The notes under the pieces are model-generated. The model did no database searches and was not told where the DNA came from. It saw only the letters and a list, made by a program, of their open reading frames with translations. The position numbers and the translations under genes are program-made. Positions 25,735-32,882 of a stretch of DNA of 32,882 nucleotides are shown piece after piece. Each line of letters begins with the position of its first letter. The stretch's first letter is position 1. Source of the stretch: Tubiluchus corallicola (Eukaryota > Animalia > Priapulida); the NCBI GenBank assembly GCA_030141605.1, contig JAQGDQ010001602.1, positions 1 through 32,882 on the forward strand, in the 5' to 3' direction.

Positions 25735-25866
25735 CGATGCCAACAGCCGTTCTAATCGATCCTCGGTACTGATGCTGCGCATGAATCTTTCCACCATGGT
25801 GATCATGTGTTGCTATCTCACCCTGAATCTGCAATCGTGTTTTTGTAAGATCCAAAGGATAAGTCA
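25735..25866 (-). CDS. SLC25A27: UCP4 exon 2
   Basis: (V)TYPLDLTKTRLQIQGEIATHDHHGGKIHAQHQYRGSIRTAVGI|gtaagc. Contains the carrier signature PLDLTKTR. Confidence 0.95.
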
Positions 25867-26486
25867 CTGGCAATAAATTATATTATTATTAAAAATTTTA
25901 TTAAGTAGTACTATTATTATTTTCACATGCAAATGCAACGAAAACATGGTGATTAATACCATATGCTCATCACCTAGATTGTTTCCATTTTTGTTCAAGG
26001 TTAACGAAATGATATCAACATAATAATAGTAGGCTTTCAAAGACTGTGAAATGCTAGTAGTGCATAAATAATTTTTTTAGAACTTCAGCTCTTTTGGAGT
26101 TAAAAACTAGTCTCGAATGATCAATAAGTAAATGCAAAATTTAGTCATCTCGAGTAACAAGCTACGCCTAAATTTCAAGCTGTCAGGGATCGAAGGTCAT
26201 TGGCATACTATTTGCCGCAAACCTATGTGATTTAAACACGTTTACAATTTAGTCTACTTCTAAAGATACTTATTAAAATACTCCTTTCCTGCAGCTTTAA
26301 TAATAAGTAAGCACCACGCGAATTCAAGCAAATCGCTTTAAATAAATGACGTAGAACTACTTTGCTTTAAATTTTGACCGTGCTTTTTTTAAAGCCCAGA
26401 CGGATACAAATTATAAGCACTTAAAGTAAACAGAAAACAATAAATGACTAGGTTACAAAAGCTACATAGTATTTCACTAGCTCAAC

Positions 26487-26601
26487 CTGTTTCTGCCACT
26501 GTGGCTGCAGCAGCTGAAAGGATATATTTGAACCATAATGCTTCTGTATAAGTAGCTTTTGAGTTTTTCACAACCTCACGCCGATTTGTGGGCGCTACCA
26601 T
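26487..26601 (-). CDS. SLC25A27: Mitochondrial uncoupling protein 4 (SLC25A27-like) exon 1
   Basis: ATG at 26601. MVAPTNRREVVKNSKATYTEALWFKYILSAAAATVAET|gttgag. The ten exons join in frame to 978 nt. Confidence 0.9.
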
Positions 26602-28518
26602 TTTTCTTCAGGCACAGCTGAGCAAATTTGAATCAGTGTTGTTTATTTCACAGTTACTACGACATTGGCAACAACCACCCGACAAGCGGCTCACACTGGC
26701 TTCTCTACCACATTGCCGTGTTTTAGTAGGCTACTCCAAAAGATCAAATCTAGAAAACTAAAAATAAGTAGTGGCTATTGCTGGCTATGTTAATTTCTAT
26801 AGTTCGCATCACTTCATACAGTTACCATCACAACTTTCTCTCTATTCTAATTGAACTCTGTTTTTGTATTCCTTTTCCTTGTTTTGAATCAAAATTCATA
26901 TGGAGGCGCGGGGGTTCTCAACAAGTAATTACTTCTTGAGCACTCCATAGCCTATTTGCAGCTTGGAACTTTGAGTTTAATAAATTACGTTAATATTAAT
27001 TTATTATTATTTTTGTTTCAAGCGCTATGCTGTATTGGTCACCGTGGGTTTATTTAACAAATGAATCGAAAAGTTAAAGGCAACTTAGCTGCGATTTGTA
27101 TGCAAAGTTTTTAAGCAAATGAAATGTATTAGTGTTTTTTACTGTAGGAAAAATAAAGTAATATGCATGATCTCTGTGAGACCACTTTTCATTAATGATT
27201 GGAAAAGTTATTTGAAAATCTTTAAAACTGAAATCGAATTCTTATCGGATTCGAAATCTTTGAAATTCGATTTAATTCAGTTCAAAAGTAAAAAGCTGAT
27301 TCGATTCATATTCATTTTCAGGTAGATTGTTTATCCCTAATCCCCAGCGGGCAGTCTGTATTGTAACTAGGGACGCTATTTGCCAGATGAACTTTGTTAA
27401 AAAACAATCTGGGCAGATCAAGCCAAATGTTTACATAACTATAGAAAATGTTTCCCAAGCTAGCAAAATTACAGCTCGTATGTTTTTTAAGATTAACAGA
27501 TTAATTTTTTTAAGTTTTTTAAGATTTCGTACTTTTATTTCTGTCCTTATCAAAACAACCAGAAAATTAGTGACGAATAAAAACCATATTTTAAAACCTG
27601 AGGGCAGAGAAGATCATTTCTTTTATTCAAGTGCATTTCTCTTTGTGCAAAATATGCATGTCATTGCATTCACAGACAGTAGCGACAGTTTGAGTTTTTC
27701 TGGAGTCAGTCAGACAGTCAGATACAGACTTGGACATTATTAAAAAAAACTACCCACAATAAAGAATACTAGAAATACCATAATTAGTCCACGTAATGCA
27801 ATTTATTCAAAAAAGTCTAGTTTTAATAATAAAAAATCATTTTAATTTCACATCTAATGCAACAACAACAACCAAACATTGGTTAGCAACGATTTTGATG
27901 TAAGGTGTGTAATAAAAATACGAAATACAGCTACAAAATTTAGCTGACATAATTTTTCCTGATGATGCCATGCACATAATTGAGACAGCTGCTAATGTTC
28001 AATAAAACTATGACATTCTCAGTCGCTGTTTTGTTTCATTTCTGCTGAAACACTAAGATTTCCGAATGATTGAGAAATTTGCATAAATATTTTTGCTTAA
28101 CACGATTATACATATTTTTCTTTAAACTCTTTTTTGCATAAATGATTATACATAATAGTAAAAATGGATATCAATTCTTCTCTCTCTAAAATCCTGATAT
28201 TTTTTACAACAAAGAGCTCGCATTGCAATTTAATCCGCCTACCGTGTGAACAATGCAATTAAAATTTTACGAACACAACAAAATAACAATAATGTGATGG
28301 TGATACTTCATTGGCACATAATTAGTGTTGCTCGTGCTGGACTATCACCTTGAGAATTGATAATACGTCATCAACTTTTTCAAAAAATTTTATTACTAAC
28401 ATTTTCGAAGTGTGAAAGTTACCACTATACCACCTATATTTATTACTTCAAGGACATGTAATAATATATTGTACCAACTGTCCAAGGCCACACACTAACA
28501 GTTACTACATCAAGGCTA

Positions 28519-28829
28519 CATACAATGACGTCTCATCTCTAGGTGTTTAGCACATACAATGACGTCACATCTCTAGGTGTTTAGCACATACAATGACGTC
28601 ACATCTCTAGGTGTTTTGCACATACAATGACGTCACATCTCTAGGTGTTTTGCACATACAATGACGTCACATCTCTAGGTGTTTTGCACATACAATGACG
28701 TCACATCTCTAGGTGTTTTGCACATACAATGACGTCTCATCTCTAGGTGTTTTGCACATACAATGACGTCACATCTCTAGGTGTTTTGCACATACAATGA
28801 CGTCACATCTCTAGGGTGTTTTGCACATT
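28519..28829 (+). repeat. 34-bp minisatellite, 9 copies
   Basis: Unit CATACAATGACGTCACATCTCTAGGTGTTTTGCA. Confidence 0.95.
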
Positions 28830-29487
28830 CTTGTTAACAAAAGCTCAAGAAAAGTTAAAAGCAGATTTATACGAACCTGGTCCCAACTCAAGTGTGACAT
28901 TGAAATTCAACTTGAAGTGACCTTGAACTTTTACTTTTGATCACGCATTCACATCACAAGGAAAATACTACAGCATTACCATTATTTTCACTTTAATCTC
29001 TGATATTCTGACTTTAATATTGCTTTATTTATATCACGTAATCTCAGTTGCACTAAGTTGTCTCTTCAGGTTTGTTGCATCAGTATTAGGCACCGCCATG
29101 TTTACTCACTGTGACACTTACCACAGATGGTTGACTTAACTTTGTGAAAACAGTTCATTAAGGTTCCTTCAAAGAATTTTTATTAGCAATATTGACATAA
29201 TTGCTACAACTGCAACGGTAGTGTAGCATCAATATGTTTATCACTGCTCCTACGTACTTATTTGATACAACAAACTATTTTCTAAAAAAATGATCAAGTA
29301 TTTACAAAAACATCAAACAAGTTGTGTAGTAACAACTGAGCATTTAAGTAAGTTCTGAATTGATGCTGAAAGCAGTATGTCTCTGGCTATAAGACTTTTG
29401 ATTGAGTTACTCGGTTACTCCTAAATAATGCTGGACTGATGAACACCAACAGCATGATGGCAATAACAACCTTCAAAAATATGAATC

Positions 29488-29858
29488 TGTTGTGGAGATC
29501 GCTGGCATCTATTAGAATTAAATAGAACATTGTAGAATGTTCCATTAGAATAATCGTCTTACCTTGTAGAATGTTCTGGAACAAAACTTCTAGAAGCTTC
29601 TCGGGCATGCTATATAAGGCGAAGCAGGCCGCTGAGACGGGAGCACACAGATTCACACGGACGCCACTTACACATTCTCTTGTATACTTGTATTTTCAGA
29701 TACACTCAAACGTTTTCCAGATTTTCACGTTTACTGTAAACATTTTGCGTTCCTTCACACTTCTGTGTTGTAGAATTCTCGCTTAATAAACTAGTTTAAT
29801 TTGACGGCGTGTTTTCTGGTTTTCTCTACGAGCCTTCCGAGAGAAACAAAACACAATA
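29488..29858 (+). mobile_element. Solo LTR, copy 2
   Basis: TGTTGTGG...CACAAtA termini, 5-bp TSD GAATC. Internal TATATAA (~29611) and AATAAA (~29785) in LTR order. Confidence 0.85.
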
Positions 29859-30092
29859 GAATCTAGCTCATGATATAACAGCGAAACTTGCCCAATCAAC
29901 TCTATGAAAAACGACAACTATGCTTGCTGATGAAAATTAAGTCTAAGCGCATACATGTAAGTAACACTAGCTATTATTGGTTTAAGTATGCCAAACTGAT
30001 GTAGAGCAACCTGTCAGACCTTGCTTCTAAATAAAAATCTTCAAATCTAGTACTCGTTGGTGTGACCGAGGTAGACATTGGTAGACGTGATC

Positions 30093-30143
30093 TTACTGTG
30101 AAGCCTGCTCTTCTTTGATTAAGTCCGCCAAACGTTGAAATCC
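30093..30143 (-). CDS. Probable last coding exon of a kynurenine/alpha-aminoadipate aminotransferase (AADAT/KAT II)-like gene
   Basis: Strong acceptor (acttttcttttag), then phase-0 GFQRLADLIKEEQASQ*, resembling the AADAT C-terminus AFQVLAQLIKESL as recalled. Only 16 aa, another frame also stays open, and no upstream exon was found in the window. Confidence 0.5.
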   Translation of the reverse strand, partial: GFQRLADLIKEEQASQ

Positions 30144-30373
30144 CTAAAAGAAAAGTTATAAAAGTTTGGTTTATCTAGGACATATCACTCAATGCAAATA
30201 TAAGTCCAGCTAATAAATTTCAACATCTTCAATTTAAATTTCGGTAATAAATTCCACATTAAAGGAACGTAATGAAAAAAAGAACTGGAGACACAAAATA
30301 ACAAAAAGATTCTAACTCTGATCTACTGCTAAACAATGTCGACTTTCAAGTTTCAAAACTTACATAATCGAAA

Positions 30374-30720
30374 TTCAGATGGTAACCCACTAAATCACCA
30401 TAAGCCTAGATGGTAACCTACCAGGTCATAACGCCACAAGTTCAGATGGTAACCTACCAAGTCATAACACCACAAGTTCAGATGGTAACCCAGCAAGTCA
30501 TAGCACCACAAGTCCCGATGGTAACCCAGCAAGTCATAACACCACAAGTTCAGATGGTAACCCAGCAAGTCATAGGACCACAAGTTCAAAGGGTAACCCA
30601 GCAAGTCATAACACCAAAAGTTCAGATGGTAACCCAGCAAGTCAAAGCACCACAAATTTAGACGATAACCCAACAAGTCATAGCACTACAAGTTCGGATG
30701 ATAACTCAGCAAGTCATAGC
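30374..30720 (+). repeat. 36-bp minisatellite, ~9.5 diverged copies
   Basis: Unit GTTCAGATGGTAACCCAGCAAGTCATAACACCACAA. Confidence 0.92.
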
Positions 30721-31078
30721 ATTGCATGTTATATTATGTTTTACTATCTAACAGCTTAAGTGCTAAGTGTCTATCTGCAAGTGCTAAATTATATATTAGT
30801 GCTAATGCCATCCAGTAATACGTTTTGCGTAACCAGAATTTACGAATATTATAAACTACTACCCCTTTGAATTTGCTTTCTTCTAGTTCATGTTGAAGAG
30901 GAAATTTGTAAGTAACAATTTCAAGTAGTTTGATGTAGCAACTTCTTGGTTACTTCTTTTACCGCTCTTAGTGAACTTTGAACGTTTATCTCTTAACACA
31001 CAAAGACCAAATTATGTCAACATTGTGTCGGATACATAATGAACTTTTGATACGTAAAGACGTAAATCGCTACGTTTG

Positions 31079-31265
31079 ATGGCAGCCAAAATGAAGTGCG
31101 TGGTGCTAGGTCTATGTCTTCTCTTCTTGGCAGCCTCTGTAGCAGCTGACGTGAATGGGACAACAGATGAGGAGATATTAGCAGAAAGATATTGGAGACG
31201 AACTGCCTATCTGTATGATGATGTTATACTGCCTTGTCTCATTGTAGAAGAATTCGGATATGAAC
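31079..31265 (+). CDS. Exon 1 of a signal-peptide-bearing Ig-like domain protein
   Basis: MAAKMKCVVLGLCLLFLAASVAA-DVNGTTDEEILAERYWRRTAYLYDDVILPCLIVEEFGYE. Hydrophobic leader with AxA-type cleavage site, Ig B-strand-like VILPC, phase-1 C|gtaagt donor. Confidence 0.75.
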
Positions 31266-31308
31266 GTAAGTTCTGCAATCAGTCACGTAATAATCATAGC
31301 GTTTCAAA

Positions 31309-31916
31309 AAAAGTTTTTGAGAATAGGAAGATTTCTTTGGAAACAAAAATTAGAATATTCTCAGCCTTAGTTGAAACTGTATTTCTGTATAACTCTGAGC
31401 TCTGGACATTAAAAGCAAATCATAAAGCTGAAATCGATGCGTTTCAAAGGCGAAATTACAGAAACATTTTGGGTATTAGATGGCCAAAGACAATTTGAAA
31501 CAAAGATATATATAAAAAAATAAAAGAAGAACCTTGGACAAGAAAAATAAAAAGACGCCGTTTAAGATGGACGGGGCATATGCTTAGACTATCTGATGAT
31601 ATTCCAGTGAAGATAGCTCTTCAACAAGCCATAGAACCAGCTAAAAAAACCTGCAGGAGGACAAATTTTGACATATTTAGATTTTACACAGAAAGATTTA
31701 AACACTTCAGTATTGATCCTTAGAAACAAATCCACTTGGGGCATTGCAGCGTGTAGGGAGTCTTGGCACAGGGAGGTGAGCAGAATCATGTCACTGGACG
31801 TATGACCAATTGGATGATGATGATGATGATGATTATGATCTGGCATAGGGAGGTGAACAGAATCATGTCCCTGGACGTGTGATTCATTGGATGATGATGA
31901 TGATGATGATGATGAT
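31309..31916 (+). mobile_element. 5'-truncated RTE-clade LINE
   Basis: Post-RT C-terminal motifs ISLETKIRIF...FLYNSELWTL...IDAFQRR...ILGIRW and KRRRLRWTGHMLRL, with an in-frame stop. (GAT)n tail; TSD ATA(g/t)CGTTTCAAA at 31296 and 31917. Confidence 0.88.
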
Positions 31917-32090
31917 ATATCGTTTCAAATCTGAGTTATTTTTAGATTGCATGCATGCATAGTTGTTATACTAAAATCACTTATACATTTTATTACACAT
32001 TATTTAATAAACTAGAAATTTGAATACTACAACTATCATTCTCATCTGAACTGAAAGCACAATGTCCTAAATGATAATCTAATGTGGGCT

Positions 32091-32497
32091 CAGGGCCTAT
32101 TTCAGGGGGGAGGGGAGTGGGTATACTTCCCCGGAGCCTCACCCTCCAGGGGGCCTCGCGCGAAGGTAACATTTTCTTTACTCTATGCGAACATACTGCC
32201 TCCCCTCTTCCTCTCTCTCTCTCTTGCCGCACGCGCGCCGTTTGCCAGTATTGACAAGTATTAAGGACTTGAGAATAAAGCAGTTTTTCTTTCAATTGTT
32301 CTTTCATTTAACAACTGTATAACTCCATATTTTCTCTTCGAAAATGCTTCTCCGGCGTTCTAGCAGTTCAAAAATTTTCTGGGTGCCAACCATGGTGGCG
32401 CCCGCTCCTCCAAGCTTCGCACACACACCCCCCCCCCCCGATAGGGCCTCACACCCCCCCACTTCCCCAAGCCTCGCCTAAGGTGAAATAGGCCCTG
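32091..32497. mobile_element. hAT-type MITE (different family)
   Basis: TIR CAGGGCCTATTTCA...TGAAATAGGCCCTG; perfect 8-bp TSD TGTGGGCT. Confidence 0.9.
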
Positions 32498-32668
32498 TGT
32501 GGGCTGCAGGCTTATATGCATCCTGCAGACCTGCTAACATCGATTACTTGGTCCATTCAACATTAAGACCTGAAATATTTCATTTTTCAATTCAAGTGAG
32601 AATAATGGTAGTGTTATCGAAGCATTTTTTGCATAAAGTGATACGACACTTCCTTATTTATATTTAAG

Positions 32669-32799
32669 TGTTTGTTTTTTACGGAAAAGCTACCGAAATA
32701 GTATGGTGGACACCTGGATGGGAGCCTATACCAGGCAAAAGTGGCAATAAGACGATATTACTACACCAGAACGCCAGTCTACAGATAACATACATACAG
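32669..32799 (+). CDS. Exon 2 of the Ig-like domain protein
   Basis: atttaag|(L)FVFYGKATEIVWWTPGWEPIPGKSGNKTILLHQNASLQITYIQ|gtacgc. Phase-compatible with exon 1, with C-strand W and E-strand NASLQI-like motifs. The gene continues beyond the window. Confidence 0.65.
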
Positions 32800-32882
32800 G
32801 TACGCATGCGCTAAGACTTGTTCTTTATCCAATGAAAATGAACTGTAGTGTGTGTGCATCTGGGACTGCTAAATCCACAATT

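Noticed and set aside
30364-30676. Minus-strand donor near 30363 and repeat ORF as the penultimate aminotransferase exon
   Set aside because: The translation does not resemble the expected aminotransferase sequence and derives from the 36-bp repeat.
31076-31498. Single 140-aa signal peptide/LINE fusion protein
   Set aside because: A consensus gtaagt donor at 31266 and a compatible downstream exon explain it as exon 1 reading by chance into an intronic LINE.

Overview
This is AT-rich eukaryotic (invertebrate, probably protostome) genomic DNA with spliceosomal GT-AG introns. The supplied ORF track is mostly uninformative, so genes were rebuilt exon by exon. (1) + strand 1363-13910: the last nine coding exons of U2AF2/U2AF65 (RRM1, RRM2, UHM); the RS/ULM exons lie upstream of the window. 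(2) - strand 26601-15930: a complete 10-exon, 978-nt (325 aa) mitochondrial uncoupling protein 4 gene (SLC25A27/UCP4-like), convergent with U2AF2. (3) - strand 30143-30093: probable last exon of an AADAT/KAT-II-like aminotransferase. (4) + strand 31079-32799: first two exons of a signal-peptide, Ig-like protein, apparently nested in the last intron of (3). Introns and intergenic DNA are dense with non-autonomous elements: hAT MITEs, Tc1/mariner-pogo MITEs, two solo LTRs, a long-TIR Ginger-like foldback, a tRNA-SINE, a 5S-derived SINE and an RTE LINE 3' end. There are also about ten minisatellites. The most unusual signal is in UCP4. Two minisatellites are tandem amplifications of its own exon/intron junctions: 12x100 bp over the exon 5 acceptor and 5x70 bp over the exon 3 donor. 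Their exon-derived differences are almost all synonymous, although only one copy per array can give an intact protein by canonical splicing.
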